Position numbers and translations under genes: made by a program | Part shown: positions 1-8,653 of the stretch, in pieces | Layout of the letters: each line of letters opens with the position of its first letter | How positions within the stretch are numbered: the stretch's first letter is position 1 | Assembly (NCBI GenBank): GCA_031411295.1 | Contig: JANOAV010000054.1 | Span: 1-23,645 of the forward strand | DNA: 23,645 nucleotides | Direction: 5' to 3' | Origin: Verrucomicrobiales bacterium | GTDB taxonomy: Bacteria > Verrucomicrobiota > Verrucomicrobiia > Verrucomicrobiales > V1-33 | Notes under the pieces: model-generated | What the model was told of the DNA's origin: nothing | The model's input: only the letters and a program-made list of their open reading frames with translations | Database searches by the model: none

Positions 1-138
1 AAACGGATCTGCGAAACGCCATCGAAGCCTTTATCCAAGCCACCAATAATCACCCGCGACCATTTGTGTGGCGCAAGAGAGAGGTCAAAGGCGCCCAGCT
101 TAGAAATACAATTGTTAACTTGTGCAACTAAGCACTAG
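1..138 (+). mobile_element. IS630-family insertion sequence, 3' end (partial transposase C-terminus, codons 3-131, plus right end)
   Basis: Frame from 3 reads TDLRNAIEAFIQATNNHPRPFVWRKREVKGAQLRNTIVNLCN*(129-131), matching the IS630 C-terminal 'I..FI...N..P.PFVW' pattern. It is followed by GCACTAG with a TA at 136-137, the IS630 target dinucleotide. Confidence 0.85.
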
Positions 139-234
139 TTCCATGGCACAATGAAGGCAGCCCTGATGCTCAGGCAGGTCGCGTCCGCAGTCAGGACAGG
201 TTTTTGGGGTAGAAGCAGCAGGGATATCGGTCAT
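136..234 (-). pseudogene. 5' fragment of a gene with an N-terminal CxxC...CxxC zinc ribbon, probably an ECF-associated Ser/Thr kinase, interrupted by IS630
   Basis: ATG at 234 reads MTDIPAASTPKTCPDCGRDLPEHQGCLHCAMEL and enters the IS at CTAG 135-138. It lies directly downstream of an ECF gene of the type usually followed by a kinase with this N-terminus. The kinase domain itself is not in the window. Confidence 0.65.
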
Positions 235-242
235 ACACTCTT

Positions 243-270
243 AACTCGCCAAAAAGAAGACTCCGTTTCC
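243..270 (-). promoter_or_regulatory. possible ECF-type promoter (GGAAAC-N16-CGAGTT) for the zinc-ribbon/kinase gene
   Basis: On the minus strand GGAAAC (270-265), a 16-bp spacer and CGAGTT (248-243), 8 nt before the ATG at 234. Resembles generic ECF promoter architecture; single copy only. Confidence 0.3.
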
Positions 271-302
271 GCGCGAAACCATTTTTATGCAAAATGGTAA
301 TT

Positions 303-1031
303 TCACAATAGCGAGAGGAGGTAGCGCAGTTCCTGATCCGCTTCCGCTGGATCCACTACGGTAGCCGTCACCTCCTGTCTTAGCAGCACCCCCAGACGCG
401 CCCGCAGCTCAAAGACCGTTTTCCGCGCTCCGCCATCCGTCATCTGTAGTCTGGCTGCCAAACCCGCGTAGCCCCCTTCCGGTTGCTCGCCCCGCAGCAC
501 CGGAAGCGCTTCATCAAACACGGCTTGCCGGCCCCGCTGCACCGTGTCCACCTCCAACCGTGACAGTGCTCTGCTAAAAATCTCCCGCGCCCACTCCCGG
601 TCCAGGGTTGCCTCAGGCAGCAGGGGATTTTCATCCCCCAACTCATGCAGTTCCTCTGGGCTCAATACTGACATTTCCACCCCTCCTCCACGCTTCTGGC
701 ACATCCGAGCCCGGTGCTCTGAGGCCATGGAATTTTTCAGACACGTGATCAGGAAGGAGCGGAACCGCGTTTCCCCCGGCAGCACCGCCCGCAGCGAATC
801 CCTCGACACCAACTGCTCAAACATCCGCTGCACCGCATCCTCCGCCTCCTGATGCGTCTGGCCCATGGAGCGCACACAAGCATACAAGGGTCGCCAATAA
901 GCCCGGGCCAATTGATCCAAGGCCTGCACTGCCGCTGGGTTAGCGATATCCTGGGATTGCCGAATCAGCGACCACGAGGTGTTCGGAAATAATTCCGACG
1001 ACTGGTTTCTTGTGGGTGGATTCGTTGACAT
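303..1031 (-). CDS. ECF sigma-70 family factor (kinase-associated PVC type)
   Basis: FPNTSWSLI N-terminal motif; region 2 YWRPLY..VR..G....AEDAVQ..F and RFRSFL; region 4 YAGLAARLQMTDGGARKTVFELRARL; C-terminal ELRYLL. Start could be 1031 or 1061. Confidence 0.9.
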   Translation of the reverse strand: MSTNPPTRNQSSELFPNTSWSLIRQSQDIANPAAVQALDQLARAYWRPLYACVRSMGQTHQEAEDAVQRMFEQLVSRDSLRAVLPGETRFRSFLITCLKNSMASEHRARMCQKRGGGVEMSVLSPEELHELGDENPLLPEATLDREWAREIFSRALSRLEVDTVQRGRQAVFDEALPVLRGEQPEGGYAGLAARLQMTDGGARKTVFELRARLGVLLRQEVTATVVDPAEADQELRYLLSLL

Positions 1032-1244
1032 ATGGCGCAGTGTTGTATCCTTCAATACCATGGTAACGCAAAGTCAACCCCGCGCTAGAATTTGCGGATG
1101 GAAAAATCTCTCAGCGCGCCCTGAGGTTTGCGGTCTTGGCGGTTTTAGCACGTCTGATGCTTAATTTTTGCCGAATTGGATTAGGCATCGTCAGAATTTA
1201 CCCCTACCTTCTGGTAACACCCACCCTTTTCGTAAGTCCAATCC

Positions 1245-2750
1245 ATGACTTCCATGCTTCGATATCCCACGCTCGCCACTTTTATCTTCATTTCAGCCTC
1301 CATCAGCACCGTCATGGCGGACGATGCCGACAGCGCTGCGCACGCCTCTTATCCCAAGCCGTTTTCCCGGCCTCGTTCGATGGGGGATAATTACGACACC
1401 TGGCGTGATGCCACGGGGCCTGACGTCGGGAAGACGGCGGTTGATATCAGCCGCTTGCCGTCCCGCGTCGATAATTCCACGCGCCCGCAGTTCCCTCCGA
1501 TTTACCAGCAGAAAGGAGGAGCCTGTGGTCAGTTCACCGCAGTGGCCTCGATCTTCACCTACGAAATGAACGTCCTGAATGGCACTGAGGCCAGCACCAC
1601 TGCCACGCAATTTCCCGCCGATTTTTCCTGGAACATGTGCAATGGTGCCGATAGTGCCCAAGGATCGGAAGCGCATCACGGTTGGGAAGTGGCCAAACAG
1701 ATTGGAATTCCCACCGTCAAATCCTACGGTCGCGTGGAAGGAGACAAGGACAAGATCGGCTCTTGGGCTAACGGTTATGACATCTGGCGCGAAGCAATGG
1801 AGTATCGCGTCGCTGGCTATCGCTACACTCCGACCGCCACTGTCTCCCAGATCAACGAAGCCCGCGGCTGGCTCTTCGACCGCAACCAACCCAAACCCGG
1901 CCAGGAATCCATCGGCGGATTGCTGGCGCTGGACGGACGGATGGGCGAACTCAAAAAGGTCACGCGGACGATTCCCGAGGGAGATTATCTGGCGGGCGAA
2001 GACCTGTGGATTCATTGGGGCCCCAGCGGTTTCGGCCACGGCATCACTTGTGTGGGATACGATGACCAGGTCGGATTCGATGTGAATGGCGATGGCAAAG
2101 TTAGCAATGACATCGATATCAACGGTGATGGCAAAGTCACCCTCGCAGACCACGAGCGCGGTGCCTTCATCGTGGTCAACTCATGGGGTAAAACCTGGTC
2201 GAGAGACGGCAAAATCTACCTGCTCTACAGCGCGATGGTGGATCCCACCTGGGAACGCGGAAACTACCTCGGACGGATCGAGGTTTACCGGCATATTCCC
2301 CGATGCACCTTAAAATTAAATCTCGTCTGCGACCAGCGTTCGGACCTGCGGGTGACCATCGGCATCGCTGGCAACAAAGACGCCACGAAACCCGAACACG
2401 AACTCGCTCCGCAAGCGCTCAACGGCTGGCCTCTGTTCGGCAAGAATCGAAAGGACAACGTTGGCTCAGTCCCCCTGGCCGGACCTGATAATGACACCCC
2501 GCTGGAAATCGGCATCGATCTCACGCCATTGCTCAGCAAGTTAGACCCGGAGTCGGATGGTGCTGGCCGCCTTTTCCTAAGCTTCAGCTGCGCGGAAAAA
2601 GGCGAGACCACCGGCGTGCTCCACGCCTGTGCCATCCGAGACTACGATGACCAAGGCTCCTTCGTCCGAGAGTCAGTCGTGGAAGTTCCAGACGGAACCT
2701 TCGGCAAAAAAATGCTCACGCTCGAAACAAACCTTCCCCCCAGAAGCTGA
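1245..2750 (+). CDS. secreted papain-like (C1 family) cysteine peptidase
   Basis: Signal-peptide-like N-terminus; catalytic motifs QQKGGACGQF (Gln/Cys), GHGITCVGYDD (His) and IVVNSWGKTW (Asn). Confidence 0.85.
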   Translation: MTSMLRYPTLATFIFISASISTVMADDADSAAHASYPKPFSRPRSMGDNYDTWRDATGPDVGKTAVDISRLPSRVDNSTRPQFPPIYQQKGGACGQFTAVASIFTYEMNVLNGTEASTTATQFPADFSWNMCNGADSAQGSEAHHGWEVAKQIGIPTVKSYGRVEGDKDKIGSWANGYDIWREAMEYRVAGYRYTPTATVSQINEARGWLFDRNQPKPGQESIGGLLALDGRMGELKKVTRTIPEGDYLAGEDLWIHWGPSGFGHGITCVGYDDQVGFDVNGDGKVSNDIDINGDGKVTLADHERGAFIVVNSWGKTWSRDGKIYLLYSAMVDPTWERGNYLGRIEVYRHIPRCTLKLNLVCDQRSDLRVTIGIAGNKDATKPEHELAPQALNGWPLFGKNRKDNVGSVPLAGPDNDTPLEIGIDLTPLLSKLDPESDGAGRLFLSFSCAEKGETTGVLHACAIRDYDDQGSFVRESVVEVPDGTFGKKMLTLETNLPPRS

Positions 2751-2845
2751 ACCCCAACCTCGCTGCACGAATAGCCCCCCCTTGTTCTCAGCCTTCCAGT
2801 CCGGTCATCGGCTCTTGGCAACGACAGGGTGACCGACGCGCCTGA

Positions 2846-2902
2846 TCTGATAGAAATTTGCTTTTTCAGGGTGAGGCTGGACGGGGGGGCGGAATCGGGG
2901 AG
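2846..2902 (-). mobile_element. IS91-type oriIS-like end, solo copy 1
   Basis: Minus strand CTCCCCGATTCC...GAAAAAGCAAATTTCTATCAGA. Same motifs and spacing as the copy at 8370-8426 that lies downstream of the IS91 transposase remnant. Confidence 0.7.
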
Positions 2903-3033
2903 AGGGGCTGCCCGGTGGCGAGCACGGAGGGAAGGACTTCTCTGGCGCTCAGATGCTGGACGAAGGCTATCGCCTTTTGCAATCAAAGCTGGTTGTTAAC
3001 CCAGAGCCATCACGACCATGACGGCTAGGTGAA

Positions 3034-3795
3034 TTACCGCGCAACAATCGGTCCAGTCGAGCGAAGCGTTTCAAGCATGACCGCTTCCTGGCGGCTGCCA
3101 TCTCCGTGGACGGCGTTGATGATGCGCGCCTGAATCACCTGCCGCAGGAGGCATAGTATCGTCATCGCCACGGCTGCCGAGGTCGAGAGCAGGGTTCCCT
3201 GATCCCCGTTCCCAAGGAGCTTTCCGATGACTAACGCCATGCCCCAGGAGCAAGCAAACACGACCGTCACCAGCCAGGTCTCAACGATAGGTCCCAGCGC
3301 CAAGGAGGTCTTCGAGAACAAGGGACGACCGTCCGCGAATTGATATTTTGCGTTCAGACCATCAAGGAAACGAACCTGTTGCAATGAGGTGCGGCGGAAA
3401 CGCTGGATCGCATTGAACAACGCATTGATGAAAAACCACGCCAGACCCAGCAGCGCATAGTGCCCCCCGGACACGGCTTCATCCTGAGATTCATGCCAAG
3501 CCGTGACAAAGGCCGTGGACACGACCAATCCCAAGGCGATCCCCAAGGCAGGAAGATGGAAGGGCAGCGCTATCAGGGCCGCTCCACCGGCAGGGGAAAT
3601 AAAAGTGCGCACGATGTTGCCCAACAACCCCATGGTAAATTCGATCGTCAGCCCCAGAAACACGAAACGAGGATCCCAGTCGAAGCACAGCAGTCCCAGC
3701 AATAGCACGGCATAACTGGCATAGAACATCACTCCCGTGCGGTATTGCTGCACGCCCATTTGATCTGGCTTGGGTTTGTTGCTGAAGAGATTCAT
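3034..3795 (-). CDS. multi-pass membrane protein (possibly DUF6498-like)
   Basis: About six hydrophobic segments; LLGLLCFDWDPRFVFLGLTIE resembles the DUF6498 N-terminal pattern from memory. ATG at 3795 preferred over TTG at 3879. Confidence 0.65.
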   Translation of the reverse strand: MNLFSNKPKPDQMGVQQYRTGVMFYASYAVLLLGLLCFDWDPRFVFLGLTIEFTMGLLGNIVRTFISPAGGAALIALPFHLPALGIALGLVVSTAFVTAWHESQDEAVSGGHYALLGLAWFFINALFNAIQRFRRTSLQQVRFLDGLNAKYQFADGRPLFSKTSLALGPIVETWLVTVVFACSWGMALVIGKLLGNGDQGTLLSTSAAVAMTILCLLRQVIQARIINAVHGDGSRQEAVMLETLRSTGPIVAR

Positions 3796-4101
3796 CGTCG
3801 AGACAATAGGATTTGGTGGTGCGCAACTCCTCGCGAAATTGCACTTCAGGCTACTCGCAAAACCCCGCTGATGCCGCAAGATTTATTTTCTAGCTTTATG
3901 TCAATGTCGAGACGGCGGAATGATGAAGGCTCAGACATAAGCTGGCCGAAACGATAGGATTAGAGTATGCCAAACGCAACGAGGTTTGGTTGAAGAACAC
4001 GTCGCCTCGTGATTTTCAGCGCTTCGAGCACTCTTTGAGTTCGGCTTGGGGGCGCATGAGTGTGCCCCATGCCATCGCGCCACCCATTCAAATTCGTTCG
4101 C

Positions 4102-5190
4102 TCAGACCCTCAGGTCTCTCAGAGCCGTAATCGCTCCCCACCCTGCTCCACGGAGCTTTCGGGCACCGTCCCTTCTTCCTATTGGGAAATGATCCTTCTT
4201 CATGCCGAAAATCCGATCCACAAATTCCTTCGTCCCCAACACACCGCCACGCGAAAAATATCGCACCCGATCCCGCAACGCCACCGCCCAGGGAAGTTCC
4301 CCACCCGCTGCCATTACAGCCTCCCCTGCGGCCTCGGAAATGACGCCCTGCGCTCTGCCGTTCTTTACTTTTGGCACCTGCCCCACCGCATATAAAATCA
4401 ACCGATACCGCGCCTGCACCGCCTTCCAGTTTGCCGTCGCCTGTTGGCCAAATTTCCACGCCAGTTCATCCTTTGTTTGCCGTCCCGATCCTTCTTCCCA
4501 AGCTGCCCGAGCCAAGCCAGTCCTGGCCTTCGCCAAGCCACCCACCGCTTCCCCGTAGCCACTCCACCGATAATCCTTCGGATCAGCCACCAGCTTAGCC
4601 CGCACGGGATTGAGATCCACATAAGCACACGTCGCCAACAACGCCTCGCCCCCACCTTCCACGATCACACTCGTGAAACGTTCCGCCCACAGCGTTCCAA
4701 ACGTCTTGTGAAACGCGTTATACCACCGGGCGAACCGTTGTTTCAACAACCGCATGAACCAGGAAAGATCATGCATCATCGGCAAATACTTCCTCCGAAA
4801 CGCCGCCCACACCTCATCCGTCGCTCCCTGCAAGTTCCTCTCTGCCTCCACCAAGGCAGACTTTCCATACAGCACCCCATACCGGCGCAACACCTCCGCA
4901 TTCGACACCAACGCATCCGCCCCAGCCACCGCAGGAATCCCCGCCGCCCCTTCAACGCCAGCCGCCGCCTCAATTGACTCCTTCACCGGAACCCGCACCA
5001 CAAGATGAACATGATTACTCATGACCGCATAAGTCAGCACCTCCACCCCGCAAAAATCCGCCATCTGCCACAGCATTTTGCGCATCATGTTCTTCTCCAC
5101 ATCCCCGAACAAAAAAGTGCCCTGAATCGTGCGAGTGATTGCATGATACACGGTGGGTTCGGAAGTAACGGTGAGACGAGCTTGGGCCAT
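4102..5190 (-). CDS. Y1 HUH-superfamily transposase (RAYT/TnpA-REP-like) with C-terminal extension
   Basis: YHAITR, HUH motif MSNHVHL, LKQRFARWYN, TLWAERF, catalytic Tyr in AYVDLNPVRA, DYRWSGY; uninterrupted 362-aa ORF. Confidence 0.9.
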   Translation of the reverse strand: MAQARLTVTSEPTVYHAITRTIQGTFLFGDVEKNMMRKMLWQMADFCGVEVLTYAVMSNHVHLVVRVPVKESIEAAAGVEGAAGIPAVAGADALVSNAEVLRRYGVLYGKSALVEAERNLQGATDEVWAAFRRKYLPMMHDLSWFMRLLKQRFARWYNAFHKTFGTLWAERFTSVIVEGGGEALLATCAYVDLNPVRAKLVADPKDYRWSGYGEAVGGLAKARTGLARAAWEEGSGRQTKDELAWKFGQQATANWKAVQARYRLILYAVGQVPKVKNGRAQGVISEAAGEAVMAAGGELPWAVALRDRVRYFSRGGVLGTKEFVDRIFGMKKDHFPIGRRDGARKLRGAGWGAITALRDLRV

Positions 5191-5216
5191 GCGGCAAGGT
5201 ATGGGGCCAGGAATTT

Positions 5217-5320
5217 AGCTAGTCAATTTTTATTTTCTCTGTCTTTATAGACTTGCAGCTAGTCAAGTTGCATTTTCTATGTCTTTTTTATTGCATTCTC
5301 TGTCTTTATGGACTTGCAGC
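5217..5320 (+). repeat. imperfect tandem repeats upstream of the Y1 transposase (three TGTCTTT cores)
   Basis: AGCTAGTCAA at 5217 and 5257 (40-bp period); TTCTCTGTCTTTATRGACTTGCAGC at 5235-5259 and 5296-5320; TGTCTTT at 5240, 5280 and 5301. Confidence 0.9.
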
Positions 5321-5428
5321 ATTGAAGCGCAAGGTGGCCTCCCAAAGACCGAAGCAGGTGGCGGAGCGACCGCCCCCTCCGCCAAAAGCATTGCAGGGGC
5401 GACCTAAAAGATTAGTAACGAAGTAAAG

Positions 5429-8137
5429 TTAGTCATGGTTGATGAAGTTATAGAGGAATTCGAGAGTCTTCTGGTTGCCGGCTGTGGCAGGATTCCAAGC
5501 AGGTTCCACGGAGAGCGGTTCACTTGCAGAGTCGTCGCCGTAGACGAACTGGATGCTGTGAACACGAAAACGGCCTGCGGTAGTGTCATACTCTTCGATC
5601 ATGAGCATCTCCTTCACAGGCTTCCCGTTACGCTTATCAGTTCCCATGGGGCTGAGAGCATACCGGACTGATACGCGAATGAACGCGCCCCTCCGATCTA
5701 TGGATTTACGGTCTACGTAGGTCTTGCTGGAACCAAATTCCATGACGATGACCCAGTCTGGATTATTAGCAGCCCCTTGTGGAGTCGGCGAGGAGTGCGA
5801 CCGTGCGGGGTTTAAAGGTTCGGATCTGGCCGCGATGCCCTTGTTTCTGTAGGCGCCTGCCAAGTCGTTGGCCAGTTCACTGTGGCCTTCTTGGTTAACC
5901 AAGTGTTCCCAAATCGCGATAGCCCGAACGAAAATTGGCACCGCAGTAAAAGGGTCACCTAACTCTGCGATGGCAATAGCCTTGTTGTTGTAGGCACTCG
6001 CCAAGCTTTTAGCCAATTCGCGACGACCTTCTTGGTGAACCAAACGCTCCCGGATCTCAATGGCTTGATTGTAAAGCGCCACCGCCGCGCGGCGGTCGCC
6101 CAAGTCGCTAACGGCAAGAGCCTTGTTGTAGTAGATCGCAGCCAAGTCGTTGGCCAGTTCACGACGACCTTCTTGGTGAACTAAACGCTCCCGAGTTTCA
6201 ATGGCCTGATCGTAAAGCGCTACCGCGGCACGATGGTCGCCCAAGCCGCTAAGGGCAAGTGCTTTATTATTGCAGCTCCCCGCCAAATCATTGTAAAATT
6301 CGCGGCGACCTTCCTGATGAACGAGGCGCTCCCAGATTACAATGGCTTGTGCGTAAAGCGTCGCCGCAGCACGCAAGTCACCCAAACCGCTGACAGCATT
6401 GGCCTTGTTCCCGTATGCCAATGCTAAGTCAGCGCGTAGTTCGTGGTGGACCCCGACCAAGCACTCCCAAATCTCAATGGCCTGAGCGTAGGGTGCCAAC
6501 GCGGCACGATGGTCACCCAAAGCCCTAAGCGCATTGGCCTTGTTATGGTATACCGACGCCAAGTTACTATTGTGCAGTTCTTGGCGACCTTCTTGGTGGT
6601 CCAGCCGCTCCCGAATCACGATGGCCCGATCGAAAAGCGCAAGCGCCGCACGATGGTCGCCCAAGCCCGCAACCGTGCTGGCTTTCCTGGTGTAGGCGTT
6701 CGCCAAGTCACTGGCAAACTCGCTGCGGCCTTCCTGCTTGACTAGGTGCTCCCATATCGCAATGGCGTGGTCGAGTTCCTGTAGCGCACCGGCGTAGTCA
6801 CCTGTCGTTTGGTGGACCAATGCCTTTTCTGTGAGAAGTTCCGCAAAATCGCTCGCCAGATCACTTCGCCCATGCTTGACAAGGTCGTCATACAGCCGGT
6901 TTGCCTGGTCATAATCAGCAAGTTCAGCAACCAGTTCACCGCGTCGTGTCGATCCCCGCTGAGACAGCATCGCCGCCGCCTGCGCCGGATCACGTCCCAC
7001 CGCATGCAGCGCCCTTTCCAGCCACACCTGCGGGGCTGTCCAAGAATGGCCCCCTGCTGTGCGGCGTTCCTTGATTCCTGACTGGGATGAAACTGGTTCT
7101 TCAATGAGATCAAGCGAATTGGGGTAAGTGGTGCCAAGTGTGTCGAGATAGACACGCTTCAAGATTTCGACGGCTTCGCCAAGAGTCGCCCGACGTTCGG
7201 ATGGATTATCCAAAAAGCATTCGCGCAAGAGCACCACCAGCTTCGCGGGCATGGCTGGAATCGTTTCGTCATCGGTGGCGTTTTTTTCATGCTGTTCCAG
7301 AACGGCGGCAGCTCCACGTCCAGATATCCAGACAACTCCTCCGGTGAACATCTCCATGACAGACACGCCCCAGGACCAGATGTCCGTCTTTCGAGTGACA
7401 GGCGAGCCTTGAGACTGCTCAGGTGACCAATAGGCAGGTGTGCCGCCAGCATTGCTCACGAGAATGCTGTGCGCAGAATCAATAACCTGTGACTCGCCTC
7501 CAGCGGCTCTGGCTCTTGCAAGGCCGTAATCCGCCACTTTCGCTGTGACGCCTTGAACGGCGGCCTTGCCGTCCACAGCCATCATCACGTTGCCGGGCTT
7601 CACGTCCTGGTGAACGAGTCCGAGTTCATGCACGCAATGCAAGCCCCAAGCGAACTGAATGGCGACATCGAGCATCCGCCCCAGCGTCTCCTGCGGGCTG
7701 CCTTCGTAGAGTTTTCGAGAATCAATCCAATCCTTGAGGCTACCACCCTCCACGTAATCAGCGAACATCAGAATCTCGTTCCCTACCGTGCGGAAGAAGC
7801 GGCATGTCACGAGGTTGTTGTGTTCCGGCAGGTCAATCCAAGTCTGGAGTTCAGCAAGAAAATTGCGCCGGTCGACGTCCTTCAAGCCTTTCGCCCGCTT
7901 GACCGCAAAGCGCGAGCCCGTGGAACGGCTCTGCACAAGATACACCTTCCCCATCCCGCCCTCTCCAAGAACCTTGTCGACCACGTAGTCGTCCAACAAT
8001 TCCTGTCCTTCCTTCCAGTCGCTTGGTGGTAGCGACTGGTTCCGCGCTGGAGCAGAACGTGGGGGTGGTGCCGCGTTTAGCGCTGGGGTTTGAGGCTTGT
8101 CGCCTGAACCGAAGATTTTCTGAAACCAACTTTTCAT
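5429..8137 (-). CDS. Hanks-type Ser/Thr protein kinase with TPR array and an extra C-terminal domain
   Basis: LGEGGMGKVYLV, AVK, HQDVKPGNV, DYG, GGTPAYWSPEQ, DIWSWG; then about seven ~47-aa TPR-like units (…LVHQEGRRELANDLA..Y.NKA…). Confidence 0.92.
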   Translation of the reverse strand: MKSWFQKIFGSGDKPQTPALNAAPPPRSAPARNQSLPPSDWKEGQELLDDYVVDKVLGEGGMGKVYLVQSRSTGSRFAVKRAKGLKDVDRRNFLAELQTWIDLPEHNNLVTCRFFRTVGNEILMFADYVEGGSLKDWIDSRKLYEGSPQETLGRMLDVAIQFAWGLHCVHELGLVHQDVKPGNVMMAVDGKAAVQGVTAKVADYGLARARAAGGESQVIDSAHSILVSNAGGTPAYWSPEQSQGSPVTRKTDIWSWGVSVMEMFTGGVVWISGRGAAAVLEQHEKNATDDETIPAMPAKLVVLLRECFLDNPSERRATLGEAVEILKRVYLDTLGTTYPNSLDLIEEPVSSQSGIKERRTAGGHSWTAPQVWLERALHAVGRDPAQAAAMLSQRGSTRRGELVAELADYDQANRLYDDLVKHGRSDLASDFAELLTEKALVHQTTGDYAGALQELDHAIAIWEHLVKQEGRSEFASDLANAYTRKASTVAGLGDHRAALALFDRAIVIRERLDHQEGRQELHNSNLASVYHNKANALRALGDHRAALAPYAQAIEIWECLVGVHHELRADLALAYGNKANAVSGLGDLRAAATLYAQAIVIWERLVHQEGRREFYNDLAGSCNNKALALSGLGDHRAAVALYDQAIETRERLVHQEGRRELANDLAAIYYNKALAVSDLGDRRAAVALYNQAIEIRERLVHQEGRRELAKSLASAYNNKAIAIAELGDPFTAVPIFVRAIAIWEHLVNQEGHSELANDLAGAYRNKGIAARSEPLNPARSHSSPTPQGAANNPDWVIVMEFGSSKTYVDRKSIDRRGAFIRVSVRYALSPMGTDKRNGKPVKEMLMIEEYDTTAGRFRVHSIQFVYGDDSASEPLSVEPAWNPATAGNQKTLEFLYNFINHD
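5840..6800 (-). repeat. intragenic ~141-bp tandem repeats encoding TPR units
   Basis: Recurring GGTCRCCCAA and GACCTTCYTG nucleotide blocks at roughly 140-bp spacing; boundaries approximate. Confidence 0.8.
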
Positions 8138-8187
8138 GGAATTATTTGGTTTCGCTGTCGCTGGAACGATCCGCAGTTAAGTTCAAT

Positions 8188-8370
8188 TCACCACCCAAGA
8201 GCATTCTTGACGAGTGGGAGCATTTCACCCGCCAACCGATAGCGTTCTTGATACTTCAACGCCAAGGCACGATCAATCACCTCGCAGAGATTCTTGGGCA
8301 ATGACGCGTCCCGTTGGCGCAGCGGAATGCTTGTTTCATTCAGAATTACATCAATCGGGTCACGTTTCTT
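8188..8370 (-). pseudogene. 3' remnant of a second Ser/Thr kinase gene, truncated at the oriIS junction
   Basis: RDPIDVILNETSIPLRQRDASLPKNLCEVIDRALALKYQERYRLAGEM resembles kinase subdomains X-XI (P+R.....+P..L..VIDRAL......RY). Kinase-like sequence starts right at the oriIS end. Confidence 0.7.
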
Positions 8371-8426
8371 CTGATAGGAATTTGCCTTTTCAGGGGGACG
8401 TTGAAGCGGGGCTCGGAATCGGGGAG
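8370..8426 (-). mobile_element. oriIS end of the IS91-family element
   Basis: Minus strand ...GAAAAGGCAAATTCCTATCAGA containing the AATTCCTAT core typical of IS91/IS1294/ISCR oriIS; lies ~230-280 bp downstream of the transposase remnant in the expected orientation. Confidence 0.75.
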
Positions 8427-8454
8427 TAAGGGGATCTGGGGGGAAAGAGGGGGT

Positions 8455-8489
8455 TGAAGGATGAATTACGAAGGAAAAAGGATGATTCA
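8455..8489. repeat. degenerate heptamer tandem repeat (TGAAKKA-like, about five units)
   Basis: TGAAGGA TGAATTA CGAAGGA AAAAGGA TGATTCA; the first 14 bp are identical to the array at 9063. Confidence 0.6.
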
Positions 8490-8653
8490 GAGGTGTGCCC
8501 GCCCTGCGTGGGGGCAATGATGGTGTTCTGCATAGGCTGACAGGGCGGTTCATCGTGGATTATTTATTGTCGTGAGCATAGCTTCGCCTATCCACTTTGC
8601 CTAGAATTTTTTTCTTGGCAGCGGATTTGGCGGATTTATTCGAAGGGCACTCC

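Noticed and set aside
1293..2153. long antisense ORFs (this one, also 13095-13718 and 22164-22670)
   Set aside because: They fully overlap well-supported genes on the opposite strand, as expected in GC-rich DNA, and have no recognisable motifs.
2760..2846. histidine-kinase-like tail (SGASVTLSLP) on the minus strand outside oriIS copy 1
   Set aside because: Too short to distinguish from chance.
3879..3960. dif/XerCD-like sites around TTATGTC and GACATAA
   Set aside because: Only a partial XerD-like arm; no XerC arm ending in ATAA at 6-bp spacing.
5217..5320. CRISPR array
   Set aside because: Only 2-3 staggered imperfect repeats, no regular unique spacers and no cas genes in the window.
5359..5385. 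CCGCCCCCTCCGCCA as a tRNA-Ser 3' end/att site, or as a terminator
   Set aside because: No T-loop (GTTCRA) precedes it, no integrase is present, and the hairpin lacks a U-tract in the direction of the kinase gene.
8188..8553. 121-aa ORF as a real gene
   Set aside because: Chimeric frame: the first half is non-coding IS91 end sequence (KANSYQ is the translated oriIS); only the last ~60 aa look like a kinase tail.
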